Part shown: positions 23,227 through 35,059 of the stretch, piece by piece
How positions within the stretch are numbered: the first letter of the stretch is position 1
How the letters are laid out: each line of letters begins with the position of its first letter
Origin: Selaginella moellendorffii
Taxonomy: Eukaryota > Plantae > Lycopodiophyta
DNA length: 64,000 nucleotides
Reading direction: 5' to 3'
Assembly: GCF_000143415.4 (NCBI RefSeq)
Contig: NW_003314346.1
Span: 488,705-552,704 of the forward strand
The notes under the pieces: generated by a model
Seen by the model: only the letters and a program-made list of their open reading frames with translations
What the model was told of the DNA's origin: nothing
The model's database searches: none
Translations under genes and position numbers: made by a program

Positions 23227-24826
23227 ATGGCGAGTGATTTTGTTTTGGTTGTGGCGGCAGCACTGTCGATCACTGCTGTACTATGGAAGCTATGGAGGAG
23301 TAGAATTAAATCATCTCTTCTTCCTCCAGGTCCCATTGGGCTTCCACTGATCGGCCATCTCCACTTGCTCTATGCAAATCCTCCGCACACCGTGCTCCAG
23401 AGGCTGTCGGCTCGCCATGGACCGATCATGTCGCTGCGATTCGGGCATGTGCCAGTGGTTGTCGCCTCCAGCCCAGCGGCCGCCAAGGAGTTCCTCAAGA
23501 CCCACGACGCCGCCTTTGCGTCTCGCCCGCTGAGTGCCGCCGGGAGGACCATCGTCCACTACAACGCCGACATCGTTTTCGCCCCCTATGGTGACTCGTG
23601 GCGGCACTTGCGCAAGATCGCGACGCTGGAACTCCTCACAGCTCGCCGGATTGACATGTTTCGGGGTGCGAGAATGGAAGAAGTAAGATCCATGTGCCGA
23701 TCGCTACTAGTAGCAGACGATCGCGAGATGGGGGTCGTGGATGTTCGTGGGCAAGTGACAGCGCTCACCTTCAATCTCATCACTTTGATGCTCATGGGCA
23801 AGCGTTACTTTGGCAAGGATATTGAGAATGAGAAGGGGGCAAAAAAGTTTTTGGAGGTGATTGCAAGCACGTTTAAGGTATGTGGAGAGTTTCCAATTGG
23901 GGATTATTTCCCGTGGCTTCCTAAATTCTTGGATCCGGCTGAACGTCGTATGCATTCCTTGGCTAAATCTTTACATGAATTCCTCAGTGACAACATCATT
24001 GAGCATGAAAACAAAAGAAAGAACAAGAAGAAGAATAACAATGATGAAGATTTTTTGGACATCCTTCTCTCTCTAAAAGACAATGGTGATGAGCATCTAC
24101 AAAATGAAAACATCATAAGTGTCATGACAGTAAGAAGAAGAGTTTATCAATTCAATCAATCAGTCTCATCACTCGCAATCTTTTTCTTGGCAGAACTTGG
24201 TCACGGCCGGAACCGACACCTCAGCAGTGACGCTCGAGTGGGCGATGGCCGAGTCAATAAAAAACCCCACCATCGCCGCCAAAGCCCGAGAAGAAATCGA
24301 GCTAGTTCTTGGCGAGAAGTGGAGGACAAAGATGGTGGAAGAGCCTGATCTTTCACAGCTAACTTATCTCCAAGCCATCGTCAAGGAGACACTCCGGCTG
24401 CATCCTGCGGGACCGCTGCTGGTCCCCCACCAATCCACCGAGGCGGTTAGCAATGTAATGGGGTACCATGTACCGCGCGGCACGACGGTGCTCATCAACG
24501 CCTATGCCATCGCCAGAGACTCTTCCGCCTGGGGTGATGACGCGCTGCTCTTCCGGCCCGAGAGATTCCTTGGCACAGATCTGGACATCCGGGGCAGGGA
24601 CTTCGAGGCGGTGCCGTTTGGATCGGGGCGGCGACAATGCCCGGGAATGGCACTGGCGCTCACCACTGTCCATCTCACGCTCGCCAACCTCCTCCATGGA
24701 TTCGAGTGGAGAGAGCCCAGCGGTGAGAGCATCGACACGAGCAAGGAGCAGTATGGATTGACGCTGCTCTTGGCAAAGAAGCTGCGACTGATCGCCACCC
24801 CACGGCTAGAACAAGGTACCTTATAG
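23227..24826 (+). CDS. Cytochrome P450, CYP71 clan (copy 2)
   Basis: Exons 23227-24129 and 24194-24826; all P450 motifs intact. Confidence 0.95.
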
Positions 24827-25099
24827 CTCCGATCCAAAGAAAGCTTGGAAGAATAGCTTCCTTGATAAACCATGAATAAGAAAGAAACCACGAACTTTGC
24901 ACTATCTCTCCAAACGGACACTGCCGGCCTCATCAGGAGCCTCCTTGCGAATGAGATTTTTGCATGGCATGGACATTTTTATAACAAATATAAAGATAAT
25001 TTGTAAGTATTAAATATTCTGAAGAAATTGTTGAAGACTTGGAAAAGAATAGACTAAGAGTAGATTGTTGGATCTAATTTGATTTCCAAGTGTGATTGA

Positions 25100-26030
25100 A
25101 GCTCTTGTTAATGTTCAGCTTATCAGCAGCTTGACAACATCTACGTTATTGCTTGCAACGTGCATAGCTAATAAAGGGGTTGGCAAAATCTGCATCCTTG
25201 TTCTTCCTTGCAGCCCGCATAGATTGGAGCAAGGGATTGGACAAGTTGCACTCCGATGACAAGAAGTCCAAAAGCTTATCTTCATCTTCGCTTAGAAGCG
25301 TTGTGGTGCTCTCCAACAACAGCTTCCAGCAGTGTCCACATTCCTGAGCTCCACCCTGTGAAGCAGTAAAGCACAAGCCCCAATAAATTTGATCCGTGCA
25401 CCACATTCTTGCACCAAGCTTCCCCCGACCATATGCTTGAGAAACATCTCCAAGAAGCAGACAAGGCAGTCTGGCGGTACCTGGCCCCGTGCACACGCGT
25501 CGTGCAGCTCCTTGAATCTATCAGCATCACTAGCCAATTCAAAGGCAATGTTTTTGAAGCCCCGCAGCGAGACAGTCATAAACCAGGTGCCAAACTCTAA
25601 AACTGATCTCCACTTGCTCTCAGATACCAAGCTTCTCCAATACTGGCACATCCTCATCTCTGCTTGTGTTGTGGCTTGCAACTGGCCGTAGTCTGAAATG
25701 CTGGTGTACAGATAACTCAGCTTCTTTTTACATTCAGGTGTGCATTGCCATGCCTCCAACGCCATCGTAAACTCTATCATCTCAGCTTGGGGGAAGAAAG
25801 CCTTGGGAGGGCGTAGCTCTGAGAGAGGCTTCACTTCCATATCTTGCCTGTTCAGCCGCCGCTCCAGCACGCTTCCCTTCTGCAATCTATTTCCTACCAC
25901 CTTTCTAATCTCATGCTTGGATATCCCCTCCCAGGAACCATACGCCAACACATCCAGCGACTGTTGGATTTGGATGGAATCCCCCTTGTTCTTCTTCAGT
26001 GCCTCCAAAGCTATCGCAGCCATCATCAGA
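25100..26030 (-). pseudogene. Ankyrin-like gene relic (unit 2, longest open piece 244 aa)
   Basis: ORF 25292..26026 plus a frameshifted continuation; near-identical to 20330-21230. Confidence 0.45.
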
Positions 26031-26066
26031 TCTGTGGAGCATGTTCTATTTTTATAGCTTGGATCG

Positions 26067-26400
26067 TTAAAAGGTACTTTGTTCCAGGCGAGGGGTGGAG
26101 ATCAATCGCAGCTTGTTTGCCATGAGCAACGTCAATCCATATTGCTCGTTGCATTCTCACCGCTGGGCTCTCTCCACTCGAATCCATGGAGGAGGTTGGC
26201 GAGCGTGAGATGGACAGTGGTGAGTGCCAGTGCCATTCCCGGGCATTGTCGCCGCCCCGATCCAAACGGCACTGCCTCGAAGTCCCTGCCCCGGATGTCC
26301 AGATCCGTGCCAAGGAATCTCTCGGGCCGGAAGAGCAGCGCATCGTCACCCCAGGCGGAAGAGTCTCTGGCGATGGCATAGGCGTTGATGAGCACCGTCG
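26067..26400 (-). pseudogene. 3' P450 fragment (unit 2)
   Basis: Same sequence and junction as 21264-21604, with a small deletion. Confidence 0.88.
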
Positions 26401-27483
26401 AAGAAGAGGGGCAACAAAGGCGCCAGTCCCGGAATCCAGCTCGGATCAGGCGCAAGGTGTGGCGATGGCGGGAGAGGAGGAGGAGGAGGCGGTGAGCAAG
26501 GTAGTGGAATGGCCAGAGGATGGAGGATTGACGCGAGACCCTGGCGGAGGCGGCCTCCATGCTGAGGACGCAAGCACTGCGCCAGGTAGTGCCAGTCGCG
26601 GTCGCCGATTCACTCATTGCCAGGGCTTCCAAGATCATGCAGAGACAGTCACAAACCAGGTGCCAAACTCTAAAACTGATCTCCACTTGTTCTCAGATAC
26701 CAAGCTTCTCCAATACTGGCACATCCTCATCTCTGCTTGTGTTGTGGCTTGCAACTGGCTGTAGTCTGAAATGCTGGTGTAGAGATAACTCAGCTTCTTT
26801 TTACACTCAGGTGTGCATTGCCATGCCTCCAACGCCGTCGTAAACTCTATCATCTCAGCTTGGGGGAAGAAAGCCTTGGGAGGGCGTAGCTCTGGGAGAG
26901 GTTTCACTTCCATATCTTGCCTGTTCAGCCGCCGCTCCAGCACGCTTCCCTTTTGCAATCTATTTCCTACCAACTTTCTAATCTCATGCTTGGATATCCC
27001 CTCCCAGGAACCATACGCCAACACATCCAGCGACTGTTGGATTTGGATGGAATCCCCCTTGTTCTTCTTCAGTTCCTCCAAAGCTTTCGCAGCCATCATC
27101 AGATCTGTGGAGCATGTTCTATTTTTATAGCTTGGATCGTTAAAAGGTACTTTGTTCCAGGCGAGGGGTGGAGATCAATCGCAGCTTGTTTGCCATGAGC
27201 AACGTCAATCCATATTGCTCGTTGCTCGTGTCGATACTCTCACCGCTGGGCTCTCTCCACTCGAATCCATGGAGGAGGTTGGCGAGCGTGAGATGGACAG
27301 TGGTGAGTGCCAGTGCCATTCCCGGGCATTGTCGCCGCCCCGATCCAAACGGCACTGCCTCGAAGTCCCTGCCCCGGATGTCCAGATCCGTGCCAAGGAA
27401 TCTCTCGGGCCGGAAGAGCAGCGCATCGTCACCCCAGGCGGAAGAGTCTCTGGCGATGGCATAGGCGTTGATGAGCACCGTCG
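26401..27483. repeat. Internally deleted third repeat unit: PP7 5' stub (26401-26640) fused to the ankyrin-like relic, then an inverted P450 3' fragment (27140-27483)
   Basis: Junction AAGATCATGC|AGAGACAGTC joins PP7 exon 1 to the middle of the relic. Confidence 0.85.
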
Positions 27484-27547
27484 AAGAAGAGGGACAACAA
27501 AGGCGCCAGTCCCGGAATCCAGCTCGGATCAGGCGCAAGGAGTGGCG

Positions 27548-29005
27548 ATGGCGGCAGAGGAGGAGGTGGTGAGCAAGGTAGTGGAATGGCCAGAGGATGG
27601 AGGATTGACGCGAGAATGGGTAATCGGCGTGGGCGAGACCCTGGCGGAGGCGGCCTCCATGCTGAGGACGCAAGCACTGCGCCAGGTAGTGCCAGTCGCG
27701 GTCGCCGATTCGCTCATCGCCAGGGCTTCCAAGATCATGCACAAGGAGCCCAATTGCTTGCGCCTGGAGCCGCCACGGTCGAGCTCCAGTAGCATCGTCC
27801 TGGTGGGCGATTTGCACGGCCAGCTCCATGATTTGCTCCATCTCTTTGATCTGGCCGGCCTCCCCGACGAGGAACGAATGTTTGTGTTTAACGGGGACTA
27901 TGTGGATCGAGGAGTGTGGGGATTCGAGACTTACTTTCTCCTCCTTGCTTGGAAGGTATGATCTCAGAATCACGTTTTCTTTTTTACTTCTTTCTGGTGG
28001 TAGTGAAAGGTGGTATTGTTCTTACTTTTTTTCTTCAGGTATTGCTACCTCACCGAGTTTTTCTTCTGCGAGGAAACCACGAGACAAAGTTCTGTACGAG
28101 CGTCTACGGCTTCGAGAAAGAGATCTCCGTCAAGTTTGGGGAGCATTCCAAGCATTTCTACCGCAAGCTCTTGGGATGCTTCGAGGGCCATCCTCTGGTG
28201 GCGGTGATAGCCGGCAAAGTTTTCATGGCACACGGTGCCTTGTTCCGGAGCTTGGAACCGGGGCCTTCTACGCGATCTTTCTTGGTGAGAGCTGCTGCTA
28301 AGCTCAAGCTGGGTGATCTGGACGACCTTGCAAAGTCGAGAAGAGGCGTGCTGGATCCGTCGGCCGTGGGAAACAACGTGATACCGGGTGATATCTTGTG
28401 GTCCGACCCATCTCCAAACCCGGGGCTTGCGAGCAACGAAGGGCTTGTTTTTGGACCGGATTGTACTCAAGAGTTTATGGACAAGCACAAGCTAAAGGTA
28501 AGGTGGTGTTTTGCGTCGTTTGCTCACGATCATTGGGATTGTTCGGCAGTGCAGCTTATAGTGAGATCTCACGAGGGGCCGGATGCGAGACAGAAGCGTC
28601 CTGAGATGGCGAGCATGGACAAAGGCTACACGATCGACCACGTTGTCAAGGCTGGAAAGCTCATCACTCTGTTCAGTGCTCCCGACTATCCTCAGTTTCA
28701 GGTTGGCCTTCTTCATTTCGTGTTTTCTTTCTTCGTAAATGCAACAAAGTTTCGATTGTCAACAATGGCAGGCGACCGAAACTCGTTTTAACAACAAAGC
28801 AGCCTACATTGTTTTGGAACCACCGGATTTTTGCGAGCCCGACATTTGTGTTTTTGAGGCGGTCCTCCCGCAGCCACATGTAAGCAATTTCATTTTGATA
28901 CTTCCATCCACCGCTTTGGTTGCTTTTCCGCAGGTTATGCCATATTACGATCATGTTAATGTTATGGATTCAGACGACGAGCTAGATCTGCCAAAAGACG
29001 GATAA
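27548..29005 (+). CDS. PP7: PP7 copy 3: frame intact but N-terminally truncated, with a 12-nt deletion; probably inactive or a young pseudogene
   Basis: Same 5-exon structure from the internal ATG 27548; NEGRGIGLVFG reduced to NEGLVFG; HGG changed to HGA. Confidence 0.7.
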
Positions 29006-29133
29006 AAAAAATCTAGAAAAATGCCACGACTGCCACCTTTGAGGTCCTCGTGGGCGTTGGTCGTAGGAGTCAAGATCATTCGTGACAATATATTTCGGAG
29101 TGAGAGCTGCAAGAGAGCTGCGACAAGGAGAAA

Positions 29134-30762
29134 ATGGCGAGTGATTTTGTTTTGGTTGTGGCGGCAGCACTATCGATCACTGCTGTGCTATGGAAGCTAT
29201 GGAAGAGTAGAATTAAATCGTCTCTTCTTCCTCCAGGTCCCATTGGGCTTCCACTGATCGGCCATCTCCACTTGCTCTTTGCAAATCCTCCGCACACCGT
29301 GCTCCAGAGGCTGTCGGCTCGTCATGGACCGATCATGTCGCTGCGATTCGGGCATGTGCCAGTGGTTGTCGCCTCCAGCCCAGCAGCCGCCAAGGAGTTC
29401 CTCAAGACCCACGACGCCGCCTTTGCGTCTCGCCCGCTGAGCGCCGCCGGGAGGATCATCGTCCACTACAACGCCGACATCGTTTTCGCCCCTTATGGCG
29501 ACTCGTGGCGGCACTTGCGCAAGATCGCGACGCTGGAACTCCTCACAGCTCGCCGGATTGACATGTTTCGGAGTGCGAGAATGGAAGAAGTAAGATCCAT
29601 GTGCCGATCGCTACTAGTAGCAGATGATCGTGAGACGGGGATTGTGGATGTTCGTGGGCGAGTGACAGCGCTCACCTTCAATCTCATCACTTTCATGCTC
29701 ATGGGCAAGATCTCATCACTTTCATGCTCATGGGCAAGCGTTAGTTTGGCAAGGACACTGAAAATGAGGAGGGGGCGAAAAATTTTTTGGAAGTGATTGC
29801 GGGCACGTTTGAAGTATGTGGAGAGTTTCCAATCGAGGATTACTTCCCGTGGCTCCCCAAGTTTTTGGATCCGGCAGAACATCGTATGCATTCCCTAGCT
29901 AAATCCTTGCACGAGTTCCTCGGGGACAACATCTCCGAGCACGAGAACAAGAGAAAGAACAACAAGAAGAATAACACTGACGAGGATTTCTTAGACATCC
30001 TCCTCTCTCTGAGAGACAATGGTGACAAGCATCTACAAAACGAAAACATCAGAAGTGTCATGACAGTAAGAAGAAGAGTTTATCAATTCGATCAATCAGT
30101 CTCATCACTTGCAATCTTTTTCTTGGCAGAACTTGGTCACGGCCGGAACCGACACCTCAGCAGTGACGCTCGAGTGGGCGATGGCCGAGTCAATCAAAAA
30201 CCCCACCATCGCCGCCAAAGCCCGAGAAGAAATCGAGCTAGTTCTCGGTGAGAAGTGGAGGACGAAGATGGTGGAAGAGCCTGATCTTTCACAGCTAACT
30301 TATCTCCAAGCCATCGTCAAGGAGACACTCCGGCTGCATCCTGCGGGACCGCTGCTGGTCCCCCACCAATCCACCGAGGCGGTTAGCAATGTAATGGGGT
30401 ACCATGTACCACGCGGCACGACGGTGCTCATCAATGCCTACGCCATCGCCAGAGACTCTACCGCCTGGGGTGACGACGCGCTGCTCTTCCGGCCCGAGAG
30501 ATTCCTTGGCACGGATCTGGACATCCGGGGCAGGGACTTCGAGGCTGTCCCGTTTGGATCGGGGCGGCGACAATGCCCGGGAATGGCACTGGCGCTCACC
30601 ACTGTCCATCTCACGCTTGCCAACCTCCTCCATGGATTCGAGTGGAGAGAGCCCAGCGGTGAGAGCATCGACACGAGCAAGGAGCAGTATGGATTGACGC
30701 TGCTCTTGGCAAAGAAGCTGCGACTGATCGCCACCCCACGGCTAGAACAAGGTACCTTATAG
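29134..30762 (+). pseudogene. Cytochrome P450 copy 3, frameshifted
   Basis: A 29-bp tandem duplication ATCTCATCACTTTCATGCTCATGGGCAAG (29681-29738) shifts the frame in exon 1. Confidence 0.9.
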
Positions 30763-30929
30763 CTCCGATCGAAAGAAAGCTTGGAAGAATAGCTTCCATG
30801 AATAAGAAAGAAACCACGAACTTTTGGCACAATTTGTAAGTATTAAATATTCTGAAGAAATTGTTGAAAACTTGGAAAAGAATAGACTAAGAGTTAATTT
30901 GATTTCCAAGTGTGATTGAAGCTCTTGTT

Positions 30930-31770
30930 AATGTTCAGCTTATCAGCGGCTTGACAACATCTACGTTAGTGCTTGCAACGTGCATAGCTAGTAAGGGGTT
31001 GGCAGAATCTGCATTCTTGTTCTTCCTTGCAGCCCGCATAGATTGGAGCAAGGGATTGGACAAGTTGCACTCCAATGACAAGAAGTCCAAAAGCTTATCT
31101 TCATCTTCGCTTAGAAGCGTTGTGGTGCTCTCCAACAACAGCTTCCAGCAGGTGTCCACATTTCTGAGCTCGACTCCGTGAAGCAGTAACGCACAAGCCC
31201 CAATGAATTTGATCCGTGCACCACATTCTTGCACCAAGCTTCCCCCGACCATAAGCCTGAGAAACATCTCCAAGAAGCAGACAAGGCAGTCTGGCGGTCA
31301 TGCACACGCATCGTGAAGCTCCTTGAATATTCTATCAGCATCACTAGCCAGTTCAAATGGAATGTTCTTGAAGCCCCGGAGCGAGACGGTCATAAACCAG
31401 CAAACTCTAAAACTGATCTCCACTTTCTCTCAGATACCAAGCTTCTCCAATGCTGGCGCATCCTCATCTCCGCTTGCAACTGGCCGTAGTCTGAAATGCT
31501 GGTGTAGAGATAACTCAGCTTCTTTTTACACTCAGGTGTGCATTGCCATGCCTCCAATGCTGTCGTAAACTCTATCATCTCAGCTTGGGGGAAGAAAGCC
31601 TTGGGGAGGGCATAGCTCTGGGAGAGGCTTCAATTCCATATCTTGCCTGTTCAGCCGCTGCTCCAGCACACTTCCCTTTTGCAATCTACTTTCTAATCAG
31701 GAGCCATACGCCAACACATCGATTTGGATGGAATCCCCCTTTGTCTCCAAAGCTTTTTTAGCCATCATCA
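30930..31770 (-). pseudogene. Ankyrin-like gene relic (unit 4, most diverged copy)
   Basis: Homologous to 20330-21230 with more indels. Confidence 0.45.
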
Positions 31771-31827
31771 GATCTGATCCTTTAGGGTTTGGAGCATGTT
31801 TTATTTTTATAGCTGACTGCTTAATCG

Positions 31828-33426
31828 TTAAAAGGTACTTTGTTCCAGGCGAGGGGTGGAGATCAATCGCAGCTTGTTTGCCATGAGCAACGTCAATCCA
31901 TACTGCTCCTTGCTCGTGTCGATGCTCTCACCGCTGGGTTCTCTCCACTCGAATCCATGGAGGAGGTTGGCAAGCGTGAGATGGACAGTGGTGAGCGCCA
32001 GTGCCATTCCCGGGCATTGTCGCCGCCCTGATCCAAACGGCACCGCCTCGAAGTCCCTGCCCCGGATGTCCAGATCCGTGCCAAGGAATCTCTCGGGCCG
32101 GAAGAGCAGCGCATCGTCACCCCAGGCGGAAGTGTCTCTGGCGATGGCGTAGGCGTTGATGAGCACCGTCGTGCCGCGCGGTATGTGGTACCCCATGACG
32201 TTGCTAACCGGCTGCGTGGATTGGTGGGGGACGAGCAGTGGTACTGCCGGATGTAGCCGGAGTGTCTCCTTGACGATGGCTTGGAGATATGTTAGCTGTG
32301 AGAGGTCGTGCTCTTCCACCATCTTCGTCATCCACTTCTCGCCAAGAACTAACTCGATCTCTTCTCGGGCTTTGGCGGCGATGGTGGGGTTTTTGATCAA
32401 CTCGGCCATCGCCCACTCGAGCGTCACTGCTGAGGTTTCAGTTCCGGCCGCGACCAAGTTCTGCCAAGAAAAAGATCGTGAGTGATGAGCTACTGATTGG
32501 TCGAATTGAGAAACTTTTCTTACTGTCATAACACTTATGATATTTTTGTTTTGTAGTCGCTCGTCGCCATTGTCTCTCAGGGAAAGGAGGATGTCCAAGA
32601 AATCATCTTCGGTGCTATTTTTCTCACTGTTATTTCTCTTGTTCTCGTGCTCGGAGATGTTGTCCCCAAGGAACTCGTGCAATGATTTAGCCAGGGAATG
32701 CATACGATGTTCTGCCGGATCTAAAAACTTGGGGAGCCACGGGAAATAATCCCCGATTGGAAACTCTCCACATACCTCAAATGTACCCGCAATCACTTTC
32801 AGAAACTTCCTTGCCCCCTCATCGTTCTCTGCGTCCTTGCCAAAGTAGCGCTTGCCCATGAGCATGAAAGTGATGAGATTGAACGTGAGTGCCGACAGTC
32901 GCCCACGAACATCCACGATCCCCGTCTCGCAATTGTTCACCCCTAGTAGCGATTGGCACATGGATCTTACCTCTTCCATTCTCGCGCCCTGAAACATGTC
33001 AATCCGGCGAGCTGTGAGGAGCTCCAGTGTCGCGATCTTGCGCAAGTGCCGCCACGAGTCGCCATAGGGGGCGAAAGCGATGTCAGCGTTGTAGTGGACG
33101 AAGATCCTCCCGACGGCGCTCAGTGGGCGAGATGCAAAGGCGGCATCGTGGGTCTTGAGGAACTCCTTGGCGGCTGCTGGGCTGGAGGCGACAACCACTG
33201 GAACATGCCCGAATCGCAGTGACATGATCGGTCCATGGCGAGCCGACAGCCTCTGGAGCACGGTGTGTGGAGGATTTGCAAAGAGCAAGTGGAGATGGCC
33301 GATCAGTGGAAGCCCAATGGGACCTGGGGGAAGAAGAGACGTTTTAATTCTACTCTTCCATAGCTTCCATAGCACAGCAGCGATCAATAGTGCTGCCGCC
33401 ACAACCAAAACAAAATCACTCCCCAT
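31828..33426 (-). CDS. Cytochrome P450, CYP71 clan (copy 4, inverted)
   Basis: Exons 33426-32524 and 32460-31828; the 63-nt intron has no stop, hence one 532-aa ORF in the track; [22 protein letters not shown]. Confidence 0.95.
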   Translation of the reverse strand: MGSDFVLVVAAALLIAAVLWKLWKSRIKTSLLPPGPIGLPLIGHLHLLFANPPHTVLQRLSARHGPIMSLRFGHVPVVVASSPAAAKEFLKTHDAAFASRPLSAVGRIFVHYNADIAFAPYGDSWRHLRKIATLELLTARRIDMFQGARMEEVRSMCQSLLGVNNCETGIVDVRGRLSALTFNLITFMLMGKRYFGKDAENDEGARKFLKVIAGTFEVCGEFPIGDYFPWLPKFLDPAEHRMHSLAKSLHEFLGDNISEHENKRNNSEKNSTEDDFLDILLSLRDNGDERLQNKNIISVMTVRKVSQFDQSVAHHSRSFSWQNLVAAGTETSAVTLEWAMAELIKNPTIAAKAREEIELVLGEKWMTKMVEEHDLSQLTYLQAIVKETLRLHPAVPLLVPHQSTQPVSNVMGYHIPRGTTVLINAYAIARDTSAWGDDALLFRPERFLGTDLDIRGRDFEAVPFGSGRRQCPGMALALTTVHLTLANLLHGFEWREPSGESIDTSKEQYGLTLLMANKLRLISTPRLEQSTF

Positions 33427-34145
33427 TTCCTCTTCTCAGCTCTATCGCTCAGCTGAAGATATATTTGTTTCAGCATAAAAGTTGACAACTATAAAAGACA
33501 CGAAAATGGATCTTTTCCTCATTTCGCGATCCCGTTCCGAGGCCCGCCAGCCCAGCCGGCCCCACGTTGTTGGAGCGTCAGTGTCGGAAAGCTTTGATCC
33601 ATCAATCAGCTTAATAGGCAATTGCTCAACAATTAAGGTTCTATAAAATTAAGTTCTATGTGATAACCATCGGATTTTTTTATCATGGAAATGGTAGAAA
33701 GTCCACCGTTTTTTTGGCTTTTCCAATTTGTCATGGATTCCGACATCGTAGCCTATCAAAACAATATACACATTTTTGTGTTAACAATCGCATGTCATTG
33801 TTGACAGAGCCAATCTTTTTCCCAAAGTTATGGATCCAAATCACGAAATGAGCTTGTCCCCAACACTTGCATTATTAGCTAATTGTATTATTGTGTAATT
33901 CTCTGGAGATGAATAGTAGCAAAGTTTAGATAAGTCCTTGAATCATGTTCTTGCTCTTCATTAACTAGCTCCGATCCAAAAATTTAAAGCTTGGAAGAAT
34001 AATCGACGAAACTGCAAATCCAAACCGAGGCTCGCCATCGCGAAAGTAACTGCGTGCCTCATGTACTCGGGGAAACGATCCGGACGTAGCTCGTTCTGGA
34101 AGATGTGAAGGCGAGGTTCCTTGGTAACCACGGCCACCTTGCACT

Positions 34146-35002
34146 TCACATAGCGAGCGCCAAGACCAAGACGTCCTCGTCCTCCACGTAGGGACACATT
34201 TGCGAAGGCGAGGTCGTGTGACGGCCATCGCCCTTGGAGCACGAAACATCGTAGTCGTGTAGCTTGAGCACTCGTTCATGGAAGACGATCATGTTGTCCG
34301 GCTTGACATTGCGATGGAGCACTCCTTTGCTGTGAAGGTGTCGCAGTCCAGCGTAGGCTTGCTTCCACATCCTCTCCGTGGCCTCCAAGCCAGGGACGTG
34401 CTGCGCGGACAAGGACTCCCCGTGCCCTTCCAGCCCTGCGAACTTCTGCATGGAAATGGAACACGCCCTGCGAACTTCCAAGGTCCACTGTCCCGTGATC
34501 GACGAGGCCCCGGGTGAATCCGCGTCTCGTTGCTAGCATCCTCCCGCAAGCACACCTCGACGACAGTCCCCTTCCTTCTCCTCAAGAGAACAAGCGACTT
34601 GTGGCCGTGAGCCAGGAAAGAGAGCTCCGAGGCGTGGATCTCTTTTTACGGGGATGATCCCACCAAGGGCACAATCGAAGGTGGCAGTCCAAACAGTCGC
34701 TGGATCTCTTCCACGTAAGAAACCAGCGAGCGAAACCCGGCCGTGGGCTCCGCTGGAAGAACGTCGCTCAGGGTGACACTCCCTTGCTCGCACGCATCCA
34801 GCCACCTCAGTTTCATGAGCATGAAATCCTCCTCCTTGGACGATTGATCCGGCACTGGAAGAAACGATGTTACTTGCACGGTGTTGGTTTCACGCCAGAG
34901 TTTGACGACGAAGAACCTGTCCATGCGCGAGAACAGGCAGCCGATACGAGCACTGCCCATCGTCCGCTCGATTCCCTGGCGTAGAGCCGTGATATCCAAC
35001 AC
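34146..35002 (-). pseudogene. Degenerate atypical protein-kinase-like relic
   Basis: GLRHLHSKGVLHRNVKPDNMIV...LKLHDYDVS (subdomains VIb-VII); upstream part split across frames. Confidence 0.6.
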
Positions 35003-35059
35003 GTTTCCATGAGGATCTCAGTGGAGCTCTCGCAGATTGAGCTCTCGCAAACATCCAAC

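Noticed and set aside
27152-27961. Chimeric 269-aa antisense-P450/PP7 ORF (also 27140..27973 and 21292..21969)
   Set aside because: Read-through across the duplication junction in GC-rich, stop-poor sequence; no support for translation
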